Source: Candidatus Onthovivens sp. (GTDB lineage: Bacteria; Bacillota_I; Bacilli_A; RFN20; CAG-826). From it: a stretch of 64,000 nt of DNA. The DNA is taken from positions 64,281 to 128,280 of the forward strand of contig DAIODM010000001.1 of NCBI GenBank assembly GCA_036746835.1, read 5' to 3'. Position 1 is the stretch's first letter; every line of letters starts with the position of its first letter. This document shows positions 9,652-20,213 of the stretch, one piece after another. Both the position numbers and the translations under genes were made by a program. The notes under the pieces are model-generated. The model saw nothing but the letters and a program-made list of their open reading frames with translations, was not told the DNA's origin and made no database searches.

Positions 9652-9960
9652 ATGTACGCAATAATTTTATCTGGCGGTAAACAACTTAAGGTTGAAGTTG
9701 GCCAAAAAATTTATGTCGAAAAACTTGACGTTGAAGTTGGTTCAAGTTACACATTTGACAAAGTTTTATTAGTCGGCGATAAGTCAATCAAAGCTGGTAA
9801 CCCATTCATTAATGGTGCTACAGTCGTTGCTAAAGTTGAAAAGCAAGGATTAAGCAAAAAGATTAAAGTTTTCAAGTATAAGTCAAAATCTAATTATCAC
9901 AGAACAATTGGTCACAGACAACCATATACTTGTTTAACCATTGAATCTATTAATGCATAA
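9652..9960 (+). CDS. rplU: 50S ribosomal protein L21
   Basis: [17 protein letters not shown] is a typical L21 N-terminus. RBS AGGAGGG. Confidence 0.96.
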   Translation: MYAIILSGGKQLKVEVGQKIYVEKLDVEVGSSYTFDKVLLVGDKSIKAGNPFINGATVVAKVEKQGLSKKIKVFKYKSKSNYHRTIGHRQPYTCLTIESINA

Positions 9961-10265
9961 TGATTAAAGTAACTTATCAAGATGTTAATGGTGATGTTAA
10001 GGAACTAAAAATTTTAGGTCATGCTGATTATTCAAAATCAGACGAGTTAGATCTAGTTTGTGCTTGTGTTTCATCGATCGTAATTGGTGGTTTAAATCAA
10101 ATAAACGATGAGAAAAACTACAAGATGAAAGTAGAATCTGGCGATGTTGAAGTAAGTGTCATAAAGTCGAATAATGATGATAATATCGTACTTAAAACAA
10201 TTATTACTCAATTAAAAACCTTAGAAACAAAGTATCCAAAAAACATCAATGTAAAAAATGAATAA
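9960..10265 (+). CDS. prp: Ribosomal-processing cysteine protease Prp (YsxB)
   Basis: It sits between rplU and rpmA. It carries the His/Cys dyad context GHADY...LVCACVSS. Confidence 0.85.
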   Translation: MIKVTYQDVNGDVKELKILGHADYSKSDELDLVCACVSSIVIGGLNQINDEKNYKMKVESGDVEVSVIKSNNDDNIVLKTIITQLKTLETKYPKNINVKNE

Positions 10266-10283
10266 AGAAAGGCTAGTACAAAT

Positions 10284-10577
10284 ATGAAAATTAGATTTGA
10301 ACTTAATATTCAACTCTTTGCATCCCACAAGGGTGTTGGTAGTACTAAAAACGGCCGTGATAGTGCTGGTCGTAGATTAGGTGCCAAACTCGGTGATGGT
10401 CAAGTTTGCAAAGCAGGTGCTATTATTTATAGACAACGTGGAACTAAAGTCTATCCAGGAATCAATACTAAAAAAGGTAGTGATGATACAATTTTCGCTA
10501 CAAAAGCTGGATATGTTAAATTCGAAAGAGTTGGCAAGAACAAGACTCGTGCTTCCGTTTACGATTTAAGAAAATAA
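10284..10577 (+). CDS. rpmA: 50S ribosomal protein L27 with an N-terminal pro-peptide
   Basis: The N-terminal extension [17 protein letters not shown] carries the F/A Prp cleavage motif seen in Firmicutes L27. The rest is canonical L27. Confidence 0.95.
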   Translation: MKIRFELNIQLFASHKGVGSTKNGRDSAGRRLGAKLGDGQVCKAGAIIYRQRGTKVYPGINTKKGSDDTIFATKAGYVKFERVGKNKTRASVYDLRK

Positions 10578-10580
10578 GTA

Positions 10581-10614
10581 AAAACCACCTGTTTTATAGG
10601 TGGTTTTCTTTTAA
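10581..10614 (+). terminator. Rho-independent terminator after rpmA
   Basis: aaaaccacct (10581-10590) pairs with aggtggtttt (10598-10607) around a 7-nt loop, followed by a T-rich tail. Confidence 0.7.
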
Positions 10615-10631
10615 AGAAACAATAGGTAATT

Positions 10632-11903
10632 ATGAATTTATTTGTTGATCGTGCAATTATTGAACTTAGAAGTGGAAAAGGTGGCGATGGAGCCATAGCT
10701 TTTTTACATGAGAAAAATAGACCTCTTGGCGGTCCAAGCGGTGGAAATGGTGGTCGTGGTGGAAGTATTTATTTAAGATGTTCAAGTACTACGACAACTT
10801 TAGTAAACTATCGACATAGCAAAACTTTCATTGCTGATAATGGAGCTGATGGCGACATTAAGAGTATGTATGGAAGAAAAGCTCAAGATATCTATGTAGA
10901 TGTTCCAATCGGTACAGTTGTTTTTTTAGAAGAAAACCATCAATTTATTTGTGATATGGATGAAGTCGGAAAGACTTACTTAATTTGTAAGGGTGGTCGT
11001 GGAGGCAGAGGAAACGAAGCTTTTAAAAATTCACGAAATAAAGCCCCTAAAATTGCAGAAAATGGTCTTCCAGGCGAGATTAAACGAGTTATTCTAGAAC
11101 TTAAATTATTGGCTGATGTTGGCATTATTGGTTATCCAAGTGTTGGAAAATCAACTTTTATTAGTTGTGTTACAAATTGTAAGGCTCAAATTGGAGATTA
11201 TGATTTTACAACATTAGTGCCAAATCTTGGCGTTGCTACCGTAAAAGATGGTAGTTCATTTGTTTTGGCTGATATGCCAGGACTTATTGAAGGTGCCCAC
11301 TTAGGAAAAGGTTTAGGATTATTGTTCTTACGACATATTGAAAGATGTCGTGTTCTTATTCATATGGTTGATATGAGTGGAGTAAGAGATCCTTATGATG
11401 CTTATAAAGCTATTAATGAAGAACTAAAAGCATATGGAATGCATCTTATTGATCGACCACAAATTATTGTCGCAAGTAAGATGGATGAAGATGGTGCTCA
11501 AGAACGATTTGAAAAATTTAAAAAACAAGTTAAAAAGGAAGTAATTCCAATTTCTTGTGTAACCGAAGATGGACTTGATAAAGTCTTATATAAATGCAAA
11601 GATTTACTCGCTACAGCCGAAACTTTCCCAGTTTATGATGAGAAAGATAAAGAGAAGGTTTATGATGCAACTAGTGATGAACCAGTCTTTAAAATCACAA
11701 AACAAGATGATCACACATTTATTATTAGCGGAACTCGTGTTGAGCGAACTTATGATTTAATCAATACTTCAACTGATGAAGGAACAATGCGTCTTATTCA
11801 ATACCTTAATAAAATTGGTGTTGATAAAGAACTCCATAAGATGGGTGCAAAAGACGGAGATACTGTTAAGTTAAAAGATTATAGTTTTGATTACTACGAA
11901 TAA
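10632..11903 (+). CDS. obg: GTPase Obg/CgtA
   Basis: Gly-rich Obg fold (GGNGGRGGS, GGRGGRGN), G domain GYPSVGKST, and a C-terminal TGS-like/OCT domain. Confidence 0.95.
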   Translation: MNLFVDRAIIELRSGKGGDGAIAFLHEKNRPLGGPSGGNGGRGGSIYLRCSSTTTTLVNYRHSKTFIADNGADGDIKSMYGRKAQDIYVDVPIGTVVFLEENHQFICDMDEVGKTYLICKGGRGGRGNEAFKNSRNKAPKIAENGLPGEIKRVILELKLLADVGIIGYPSVGKSTFISCVTNCKAQIGDYDFTTLVPNLGVATVKDGSSFVLADMPGLIEGAHLGKGLGLLFLRHIERCRVLIHMVDMSGVRDPYDAYKAINEELKAYGMHLIDRPQIIVASKMDEDGAQERFEKFKKQVKKEVIPISCVTEDGLDKVLYKCKDLLATAETFPVYDEKDKEKVYDATSDEPVFKITKQDDHTFIISGTRVERTYDLINTSTDEGTMRLIQYLNKIGVDKELHKMGAKDGDTVKLKDYSFDYYE

Positions 11904-11927
11904 AAACACTTTTTATACTAAAAAATT

Positions 11928-12485
11928 ATGTTAGATTTTTTAGTAGGTACAATTAAAAATATTAATAAAGATAATATTAGTCTAGATGTTAATGGTATAG
12001 GTTTTAAAATATTCACGAATAAGTGCAATCAGTTACAGTTAGAAGGTAACTATACTTTTTATGTTTCTGATTTTATTAAAGATGAAGAAATAATAATTTA
12101 TGGTTTTTTAGCTTACGAAGAATTAAAAATGTTTCAAAAATTAATAAGTGTGAATGGTGTCGGTTCAAAGACAGCTTTCTCGTTATTAAATAATTTAACA
12201 GTTCCAGAGTTAATTTATTTTATCAAAAATAAAAACATTGAAGCCTTAAGTTCAATTAGTGGTGTAGGAAATAGAGCAGACCACATTGTTTTTGAGTTAT
12301 CTAATAAAATTGAAGATTTTGAAAATACAAATATCTTCGAATACATGAACATTTTTAAAGCTTTAAAGAAAATTGGATACAAAACAAAAGAAATTAATGA
12401 TGCAATTAATAAGATACCTCCTGGATTAAGTGACCAAGATGCTTTGGCACAAACTTTAAAGGAAATAAAAAAGAATGTCTATTAA
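11928..12485 (+). CDS. ruvA: Holliday junction DNA helicase RuvA
   Basis: HhH motifs (LISVNGVGSKTA, SISGVGNRADHI). It overlaps ruvB. Confidence 0.85.
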   Translation: MLDFLVGTIKNINKDNISLDVNGIGFKIFTNKCNQLQLEGNYTFYVSDFIKDEEIIIYGFLAYEELKMFQKLISVNGVGSKTAFSLLNNLTVPELIYFIKNKNIEALSSISGVGNRADHIVFELSNKIEDFENTNIFEYMNIFKALKKIGYKTKEINDAINKIPPGLSDQDALAQTLKEIKKNVY

Positions 12486-13446
12486 AGATAATTATTTAAG
12501 ACCACAAACACTTAATGATTTTTTTGGTCAATCAAACATAATTGAAAAATTAAAAGTTTTTATTTATAGTGCAAAAAAACGTAAAACGGTTTTAGATCAT
12601 ATTTTATTATATGGACCTCCAGGACTTGGTAAAACAAGTCTTGCTTACGTAATAGCAAACGAAATGGGGGTAAAAATAACTACAATTAGTGCCTCTGCAA
12701 TTAAAGAATTACCTGATTTAGTTAATCTTTTAGCTTGTTTAAATCCTGGAGATATTCTCTTTATTGATGAAATTCATAATTTAGATCAACAACTTGAAGA
12801 AATTCTTTATAGTGCTCTTGAAGATTTTAGGATTAACATTACATATAAAAGCGAAGAAAATAGTAAGGCTCTATCGATTGAATTATCTCCATTTACTTTA
12901 ATAGGAGCAACAACTTTAATAGGAAATATTTCGATTCCTTTAAGAGATCGTTTTGGTATTTTATTTAAATTTAATTATTATAATGACTTTGATTTAAAAG
13001 AAATAATCTTAAATAACGCTAAAAAGTTTGAAATAGATATGGAAGATGAAGCAGCTTATGATATTGCATTAAGAAGTAGAAAAACCCCAAGAGTAGCAAA
13101 CAATATATTAAAAAGAATGTACGATTATGCCTTATTTAAAAACTACAAAAAAATAACGAGACCAATTGCCAAAGAAGCTTTTAATTTTTTAAACATAAAT
13201 CAATATGGATTAAATGAAGTGGATATAGAAATCTTAAATGCTCTATATTATAAATTTCATGGACAGGCTGTATCTTTAGAAGCAATTGCAGCTATTTTAA
13301 ATGACAATGTTGTGAATTTACGTGATGTAAACGAACCTTATCTTGTAAATACAGGTTTAATCGACCGAACAAAACAAGGAAGAATAATAACAAAAATTGG
13401 TGAAAAAATTATTTTAGAAATTAATCAAATTAAGCCCATTAATTAG
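12475..13446 (+). CDS. ruvB: Holliday junction DNA helicase RuvB
   Basis: Walker A GPPGLGKTS, Walker B LFIDEIH, and a conserved RTPR-like sensor (RKTPRVAN). Confidence 0.95.
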   Translation: MSIKDNYLRPQTLNDFFGQSNIIEKLKVFIYSAKKRKTVLDHILLYGPPGLGKTSLAYVIANEMGVKITTISASAIKELPDLVNLLACLNPGDILFIDEIHNLDQQLEEILYSALEDFRINITYKSEENSKALSIELSPFTLIGATTLIGNISIPLRDRFGILFKFNYYNDFDLKEIILNNAKKFEIDMEDEAAYDIALRSRKTPRVANNILKRMYDYALFKNYKKITRPIAKEAFNFLNINQYGLNEVDIEILNALYYKFHGQAVSLEAIAAILNDNVVNLRDVNEPYLVNTGLIDRTKQGRIITKIGEKIILEINQIKPIN

Positions 13447-13539
13447 ATTGTTTTTTTGCACAATTTAAGGTATATTTGATACGTATATATTTTTTGATGT
13501 TTATAAATTATATTTATAAACAAGAGATGGAGGTAGTTT

Positions 13540-16287
13540 GTGAAGCGTTTTCTTGCATATATCTTACTTTGTGTAAGTATCTTACTTAGTGTTTTTGTTG
13601 GATTTGTTCCAACAATTGTTTCGATTAATGCCAGTGCAGATTATGATAATGGTCAAAATTTTGTTTATCAAATCGCTCTTAAAGAAAATGGAACCAAAAA
13701 TGAAGGTGATATCGAATCTGGATCTGCAATAGAATCTATCACCAATACTTTTAAGTCACGTCTTGATAAAGCTAATATTTCAACTTACAAACTTGAAGTT
13801 GAAGGAAATACAACTATTCGTTTATCTTTCAAGGCTCAAAAAGAAATTAATTCAGCTATCGCTAAATATTTAAATTTCGATTGGAATCTTGAAGCAATGG
13901 ATTATAGTGGAAACATCCTTTTAGAAAGTGCTGATTTCTTTACTTCTGGATCAGCTTATATTGATTATACAAGTAGTTATCCAGTGATTGTTATGCCTTT
14001 AGCTAATGCTGAAGATTTTAAAACAAAACTTTATAAAAACGTTAGTGGAACAACAACTACTAAAGATGATGGTACAAATAGCGTAAACAATAATATTCTT
14101 GGCAATTACGAAGTCATGGCTGATGATACGACTACAACTACAAAGAATGAAAATTATATCTATCTTGTTAATAATTGGGATACAACTGCATATTCTATGG
14201 ATACCGTTATTAATGATAGTGCTAGTGCAGATACTAAAGAAGCTAATGCCTATATTGATAGAATTGATGCTACAAAACCTGAAAATGTTTATTTTGATTA
14301 TGATAGTACCAAAACTGATGCTACATTTACCAAATTAAAATATACTGGATTTTTAAGCAATGCTGGTAGTGATTTAAACCTCGCAAATAAATTAGCAACA
14401 ATCGTTTGTTCACAATTAAATAGCGAAAAACTCGATTATAACGTTACATTAATTAACAAGGATATTATTAATGATGCAACAAATAATACTGTCCCATTCA
14501 TTGAAAAAATCATTTATCATGGCGACACTTATGGATCATATTCTTCGATTGTTTTCTCTAGTTTATTAATTTCATGTTTAGTTGCAATTGTTGTTGTTAG
14601 CTTATTCCTTATCTTAAATTATGGATTATCAGCTTTAACATCAATGTCCTTAATTCCTGCTGTTCTTCTTGTTACTTTAGCAATATTTAATAGCTTCGGC
14701 GCAGAATTCAACATTGGAACAATTATTGCTTTAATCTCAGTTGCGATTGTCCTTTTATTCTCTCAACTTCCATATTTTAAAGGAGTGAAGGAAGAATTAT
14801 ATAAAGGCAAGAATTTAAGAAAAGCAAATGAAGAAACTAGTAAACGTGTTTTACCTCTTCAATTTGATATTTCATTTATTACAATCTTATTTGGATTAGT
14901 TGCTTACCTTATTCCAAATAGTATTATGATTTCAGTAGGTGCTACATTGATTTTAGGTGGTTTATTTAACATCGTAGCTAGTGGTCTATTATTACGAGGA
15001 ATATACTATTTCCTTACTAATTCTTCATTTATATCTTCACATTTGAATTTATTGATGGTTGAATCTAAGAAAATTCCAAACCTCGCAAATGATGAAAAAC
15101 CAACCTATTTTGAGAGCTTCAAAAAGAAGCAAAATACAAAGACAAACAAAATTTATGGTGCAGCTGGCCTTTTGATGCTCATTGCCAGTATTATTGGTAT
15201 TTGTGCATTCCAATTTGGAACTGGAAATATCTATAATTCAAATAGTTCAGCTCCAACATCAACACGTGTCTATATTCAATTTACTTATAATGAAAACAGT
15301 TCAATTCAAAGTGTTTCTGATCTTGAAACTAAGGTTTTAGATCATTTATACACTTATAATACTTCAACAAATACAACAAATAGTTCGACTAATGTTCCTT
15401 ATAAAGATGTTTTATCTTACACCTATAGTTATAAAGAAAATTACAAGAACAACAAAGAAACCTTAAAAAATATTTATTATGTCGTTCAACTTAATAGTTC
15501 TTATACAAAAGATAGTTTAGTTTCTGCTTATGTTGATAGTAAATATAATTTAGAAGGCACAAATATTGAAGATGCAATCCAATATTTATTACTTAATTAC
15601 AATAGTGTCTCTAACTTTACAAGTGTTGAATTAAAGAGTGTTACAAATGTAAATGATGATACGAATAACTATTACACTATGCTCTTTGCTTTGATTGGCA
15701 GTGCAATCGCTAGTCTTTATTTAATCTTAAGATATGGCATTTCAAGAGGTCTCACCAGTTTATTATTAGTTGGAGGATCACTTGTTATTACTGTCGGTAT
15801 CTTCGTTTTAGTCCGTGGATCATTCACAAGTCAAATTACTTTAGGTCTTATTATAGTTGCTATTTATGGCTATTCGCTTATTACTTATTTATTCAATAAC
15901 GAACGCAACTTTATTAAAGATAGCAGAATTGATAAAGCAGACTTTGAAGGTCGTAAAAACAATAGTATTTATGCATTAAATACAACATATTCAAATGCAT
16001 TTATTGTTGCTGCATTAAGTGAGTTTACTGTAATTAGTTTCTTATTTGCCTCAACATTCTCATCTTACTTTATTATTCTTGTTGTTATTGGCTTCTTATT
16101 AGCTACAGCTACTATGAGATTCCTCGAAGTTGATTTAAGTTATATCCTAATCAAATTCTTTGGAAACATTGGTAATAGAATTGCCGCAAATTACAATGCT
16201 AGAAGACTTGCTAAAGCCCAAAAGAAGAATATCGTTGATAAGGGTGATGGACCAGAAGAAGCGACATTTATCGGTATTAATGATTAA
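13540..16287 (+). CDS. secDF: Fused SecD/SecF-like protein-export membrane protein (divergent)
   Basis: GTG start with GGAGG 6 nt upstream. The topology is 12 TM helices with two large extracytoplasmic domains. Ungapped similarity to the SecD TM4-6 region (FGAEFNIG...KEEL...FDISFITIL) and the SecF GYSL region. It follows ruvAB as in Bacillus. Confidence 0.75.
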   Translation: MKRFLAYILLCVSILLSVFVGFVPTIVSINASADYDNGQNFVYQIALKENGTKNEGDIESGSAIESITNTFKSRLDKANISTYKLEVEGNTTIRLSFKAQKEINSAIAKYLNFDWNLEAMDYSGNILLESADFFTSGSAYIDYTSSYPVIVMPLANAEDFKTKLYKNVSGTTTTKDDGTNSVNNNILGNYEVMADDTTTTTKNENYIYLVNNWDTTAYSMDTVINDSASADTKEANAYIDRIDATKPENVYFDYDSTKTDATFTKLKYTGFLSNAGSDLNLANKLATIVCSQLNSEKLDYNVTLINKDIINDATNNTVPFIEKIIYHGDTYGSYSSIVFSSLLISCLVAIVVVSLFLILNYGLSALTSMSLIPAVLLVTLAIFNSFGAEFNIGTIIALISVAIVLLFSQLPYFKGVKEELYKGKNLRKANEETSKRVLPLQFDISFITILFGLVAYLIPNSIMISVGATLILGGLFNIVASGLLLRGIYYFLTNSSFISSHLNLLMVESKKIPNLANDEKPTYFESFKKKQNTKTNKIYGAAGLLMLIASIIGICAFQFGTGNIYNSNSSAPTSTRVYIQFTYNENSSIQSVSDLETKVLDHLYTYNTSTNTTNSSTNVPYKDVLSYTYSYKENYKNNKETLKNIYYVVQLNSSYTKDSLVSAYVDSKYNLEGTNIEDAIQYLLLNYNSVSNFTSVELKSVTNVNDDTNNYYTMLFALIGSAIASLYLILRYGISRGLTSLLLVGGSLVITVGIFVLVRGSFTSQITLGLIIVAIYGYSLITYLFNNERNFIKDSRIDKADFEGRKNNSIYALNTTYSNAFIVAALSEFTVISFLFASTFSSYFIILVVIGFLLATATMRFLEVDLSYILIKFFGNIGNRIAANYNARRLAKAQKKNIVDKGDGPEEATFIGIND

Positions 16288-16291
16288 AAAC

Positions 16292-16318
16292 ATGGCTACC
16301 AAAAGGTAGCCATTTTTA
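16292..16318 (+). terminator. Rho-independent terminator after secDF
   Basis: atggctacc (16292-16300), aaaa loop, ggtagccat (16305-16313), then a T run. Confidence 0.75.
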
Positions 16319-16326
16319 TAAAAAAT

Positions 16327-17895
16327 ATGAAAGATTTCAAAACAAAATTATTAGAATATTATGGATTAAGTCAAGATGACTATTCTTTAATGTCCAAAAA
16401 ATTATCATTAAATGATTTGCCATCTTTCAAAAAGTATAATTCAATTGAAGAATGTGCTAAATATCTTCATGAAGCAATAAAAAACAAAGTTAAAATCCTA
16501 ATTTATGGTGATTATGATTGCGATGGTGTAATGTCAACATCAATTACTTATTTAACTCTTAAAAGTAACGATTATACCCCAGGTTTTTATATTCCTTTTA
16601 GAGAAACTGATGGTTATGGTCTTACAAAAGAAAATATCAAAAAATTCTATGATTTAAATTATAAGATTCTTTTATTAGTTGATAATGGAATAACTTTAAA
16701 TGATGAGATAGATTATGCTAATTCATTAGGAATGGACGTTATTATTTTAGATCATCACACGATTGAAGGTAGTGTACCAAAAGCAAAATTTATTCTTCAT
16801 CCATTATATTCAGCATTTTCTAAAATAAATATGTGTGCAGGCAGTATTGCTTTTTTCTTTAGTATTGCTTATTTAGGTGTTGTAGATGAGTATTTACTTA
16901 CTTTATCAATGATTTCAACAATAAGTGATTTAATGGAATTAAAAGATGAAAATAGAATTTTAGTAAAACTAGGATTAGATGCTCTTAATAAGAATAAATA
17001 TCCTAATATCCTTAAATTGATAAATAAAGATACTTTAAGATATAACGAAAACGATGTTGGAATGACCTTGGCGCCTAAAATTAATGCTATTGGTAGAATC
17101 ATCACTGATAATAAATTATTCGATATTATTCGATATTTTATTAATTTTAATAATGTGGAATTTATTAATAAAACTGCTGTTTGGATCAATAATACAAATC
17201 AATATAGAAAACAGTTAGTTAAAAATTTAACAAATAATATTAATGTTGATGAAAACGAACATTCTATTGTTATTGTTGAAGAGAACTTAAAAGAAGGTTT
17301 AACTGGCCTTGTTGCTTCTAAATATATGGAAGAATCTGATAAACCAACAGTAGTACTTGTTCCAACTTCAAAAGATAACAATTATTTAAAAGGAAGCATT
17401 AGAAGCAAAAATGGCTTTGATGTAAACATCATTCTTGATGATGTAAAAGATTTATTAGTTGTTTATGGCGGCCATTCTAATGCTGGCGGATTAACTTTAA
17501 AGAGAGATCAATTTCAAGAGTTCAAAAAGCGTTTTGAGATTGCTGCTTCAAAGCATCCATTTGTTCAAGTTGAAGAAAAGTATATAGATATCAGTATCGA
17601 TGATATAAATAAAGAAAACTATGATTTAATCGAATCTTTATCTCCTTATGGACAAGGATTTAAGAAGCCTCAATTTGTAATTAAAGGCTATAGAACAAAT
17701 CTTTTAAAGACTAGTAGAGATGGTAAGCACATCATTACTCGAATTAATCCTTCTTCAAGTTTGATATATTTTAATTTTGATAAATCCATAATGAATTATG
17801 AACTCGTTAATTTATATGGTTATTACGATTTAAACTATTTTAATGGTTTTTGTACCATTCAGTTCCATGTTTCTAGTTTCCTAAAATATAATTAA
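16327..17895 (+). CDS. recJ: Single-stranded-DNA-specific exonuclease RecJ (DHH family)
   Basis: DHH motifs GDYDCDGV, LVDNG and ILDHH, plus the DHHA1 GGHSNAGG. Confidence 0.85.
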   Translation: MKDFKTKLLEYYGLSQDDYSLMSKKLSLNDLPSFKKYNSIEECAKYLHEAIKNKVKILIYGDYDCDGVMSTSITYLTLKSNDYTPGFYIPFRETDGYGLTKENIKKFYDLNYKILLLVDNGITLNDEIDYANSLGMDVIILDHHTIEGSVPKAKFILHPLYSAFSKINMCAGSIAFFFSIAYLGVVDEYLLTLSMISTISDLMELKDENRILVKLGLDALNKNKYPNILKLINKDTLRYNENDVGMTLAPKINAIGRIITDNKLFDIIRYFINFNNVEFINKTAVWINNTNQYRKQLVKNLTNNINVDENEHSIVIVEENLKEGLTGLVASKYMEESDKPTVVLVPTSKDNNYLKGSIRSKNGFDVNIILDDVKDLLVVYGGHSNAGGLTLKRDQFQEFKKRFEIAASKHPFVQVEEKYIDISIDDINKENYDLIESLSPYGQGFKKPQFVIKGYRTNLLKTSRDGKHIITRINPSSSLIYFNFDKSIMNYELVNLYGYYDLNYFNGFCTIQFHVSSFLKYN

Positions 17896-17911
17896 GAGTA
17901 AAATTATAAAT

Positions 17912-20143
17912 ATGGAAGAAATTAAACCTGAAACTAAAGTTTTAAAACAAAATGGTGGTTATCCAATGCATACATTTGAAGATGTACGTGAGCTTTATTA
18001 TCCTTATATACATAATCAATCAGATAGAGATGCGATTAAAAAAGCTTATGATTTTTGCGCAAAGCAACACGCAGGAATTTTTAGAAAAAGTGGTGAACCA
18101 TATGTTCAACATTTAATTGAAGTTGCTTATATTTGTGCGCAACTTCAAGCAGGTCCTGTAACTATTGAAGCTGCTTTTTTACACGATGTAGTCGAAGATA
18201 CAGATGCAACAATCGAAGATATCGAAAGAATGTTTGGCAGTGATTGTGCGAAAATTGTAGATGCTTTAACAAAAATCCAAAGATTAAAACTATCTCATAG
18301 AAGCCAAGAAGAATTTGAAGCTGAAGATCATCGTAAGATCTTCCTTGGTATGGCACGAGATGTTCGTGTCATCATTATTAAGTTAGCTGATCGTCTTCAC
18401 AATATGCGTACAATCGAATCATTATCACCAGAAAGACAATTAGCTTTATCAAATGAAACTCTTGATGTTTTTGCTCCAATTGCCCACCGTTTAGGTATCT
18501 ATAAATTAGAAAATGAACTTGAAGATTTATCTTTAAAAGTCATTAAACCTGAAATTTATAGTGAAATCAGCGATTTATTAAATGCTCGAGTTAAAGAAAG
18601 AACAAAATCATTAAATAACTTTAAGAAAAAATTAGGTGATATTGCTTTTAATGCTAAGATTCCATTCGAAATCGAATCTCGTGTTAAATCTATTTACTCA
18701 ATTTATAAGAAAATGTACGTAAAAGGCCGTAAATTTGATGAAATCTATGATGTTTTGGCTTTACGTATCATTACTGATACAAGCCTACATTGCTACGAAT
18801 TATTAGGATTAATTCATCAAGAATACAAACCAATTCCTGGAAGATTTAAGGATTATATTGCTGTTCCAAAGAGCAATATGTATCAATCCTTACATACTTG
18901 TATTATTTCAGGAGATGGCAATATTTTTGAAGTCCAAATCAGAACAAAAGAAATGGATGAGGTTGCTGAAACAGGTGTTGCAGCACATTGGAGATATAAA
19001 GAAGGGGAGAACTATGATCCTCGAGCCGAACAACGTGATATTGAAGAAAAGTTGCACTGGTTCCGTGATTTTGTCTCTATTTCAGAAGAAAATTCAGATG
19101 CAAATGCAAAAGAATATTTAGATAATTTATCTAAAGATATTTTTGAAGCTAATATTTTTGTTTTCACACCAAAAGGAAAGGTAATTGATTTACCTTCTGG
19201 TGGAACTCCTCTTGATATGGCCTATAAGATTCATACTAAAATAGGTGATAGTGCTGTAGGAGCGACTGTTAACGGCACTTATGTGCCATTAAACACAGAA
19301 TTGAAAACCGGAGATGTTGTTGAAATTAAAACAAGTAAAACATCACCAGGTCCAAATGCTGATTGGCTTGACATAGTTAAAACCAGTAGTGCAAAAGCTC
19401 ATATTAAAAAGTTTTTACAAAAACAAGGTAATGATGTTTCACGTGATGACAGCATTTCAAAAGGAAAAGAACTTTGTTTAGCAGCTTTTGCTGATAGAGG
19501 CATTTCTGAACAAGAAATGGAGTCCTTAATAAATACTAGTTATGTACTAAATTACTACCATTGCGCTAGTATTAATGAACTTTACTTCAATATTAGTAAT
19601 AAGAATCCAACAGGTTCTGCAATTTGCGAATTGCTCAATATTAAACGTAAAAAATCGAACGATATTACCCTATCAAAGAAGGAAAATATCGAATCAGATA
19701 ATTGTCCTGTTTATATAGAAAATGCAAGTGGAGTAAAAATCAATTTAGGAAATTGTTGTACTCCAATTCCAGGTGATGAGATTGTCGGATATATTACAAA
19801 AGGCATGGGAATCACCGTTCATAGAAAAGATTGTCCAAATATTAAAGATCAAAAAGCAAGACTAATTGATGTATTTTGGAAGCCAAATTTAGGTACTTCT
19901 CAATACCCAGTAGATATTGTAATTGAATGTAATGATCGTAATAGTCTTGTTAATAACGTAATGGATGCATTAAGTTCTTTTAAAGTTAAGATTACAGAAT
20001 TTAGTGCAAAATTACATCCAGAAACATCAACAACAACAATTAGCGCACAAATTTATGTGACTAACACTATGATGCTTGAACAAATTCTTTCAACTTTAAG
20101 AAATATCAATAGTGTTTATCAAGTTAAACGTGTAATTCATTAG
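17912..20143 (+). CDS. relA: Bifunctional (p)ppGpp synthetase/hydrolase RelA/SpoT (Rel)
   Basis: HD hydrolase motif HDVVEDT, a synthetase domain (YKPIPGRFKDYIA...EVQIRT), and TGS and ACT-like C-terminal domains. Confidence 0.92.
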   Translation: MEEIKPETKVLKQNGGYPMHTFEDVRELYYPYIHNQSDRDAIKKAYDFCAKQHAGIFRKSGEPYVQHLIEVAYICAQLQAGPVTIEAAFLHDVVEDTDATIEDIERMFGSDCAKIVDALTKIQRLKLSHRSQEEFEAEDHRKIFLGMARDVRVIIIKLADRLHNMRTIESLSPERQLALSNETLDVFAPIAHRLGIYKLENELEDLSLKVIKPEIYSEISDLLNARVKERTKSLNNFKKKLGDIAFNAKIPFEIESRVKSIYSIYKKMYVKGRKFDEIYDVLALRIITDTSLHCYELLGLIHQEYKPIPGRFKDYIAVPKSNMYQSLHTCIISGDGNIFEVQIRTKEMDEVAETGVAAHWRYKEGENYDPRAEQRDIEEKLHWFRDFVSISEENSDANAKEYLDNLSKDIFEANIFVFTPKGKVIDLPSGGTPLDMAYKIHTKIGDSAVGATVNGTYVPLNTELKTGDVVEIKTSKTSPGPNADWLDIVKTSSAKAHIKKFLQKQGNDVSRDDSISKGKELCLAAFADRGISEQEMESLINTSYVLNYYHCASINELYFNISNKNPTGSAICELLNIKRKKSNDITLSKKENIESDNCPVYIENASGVKINLGNCCTPIPGDEIVGYITKGMGITVHRKDCPNIKDQKARLIDVFWKPNLGTSQYPVDIVIECNDRNSLVNNVMDALSSFKVKITEFSAKLHPETSTTTISAQIYVTNTMMLEQILSTLRNINSVYQVKRVIH

Positions 20144-20213
20144 TTATAGTGGTAATTTTTATAGTAATTTAAGCCTTAATTATTTATAATAATTAAAGGT
20201 CCGAGGTTTAATT

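Noticed and set aside
20144-20213. An imperfect inverted repeat (ccttaattat...ataattaaagg) upstream of hisS, considered as a riboswitch or T-box remnant.
   Set aside because: It is too short (70 nt in total) and lacks T-box conserved sequence. The arms are A/T-rich and imperfect. It is probably just promoter or terminator-like AT-rich sequence.
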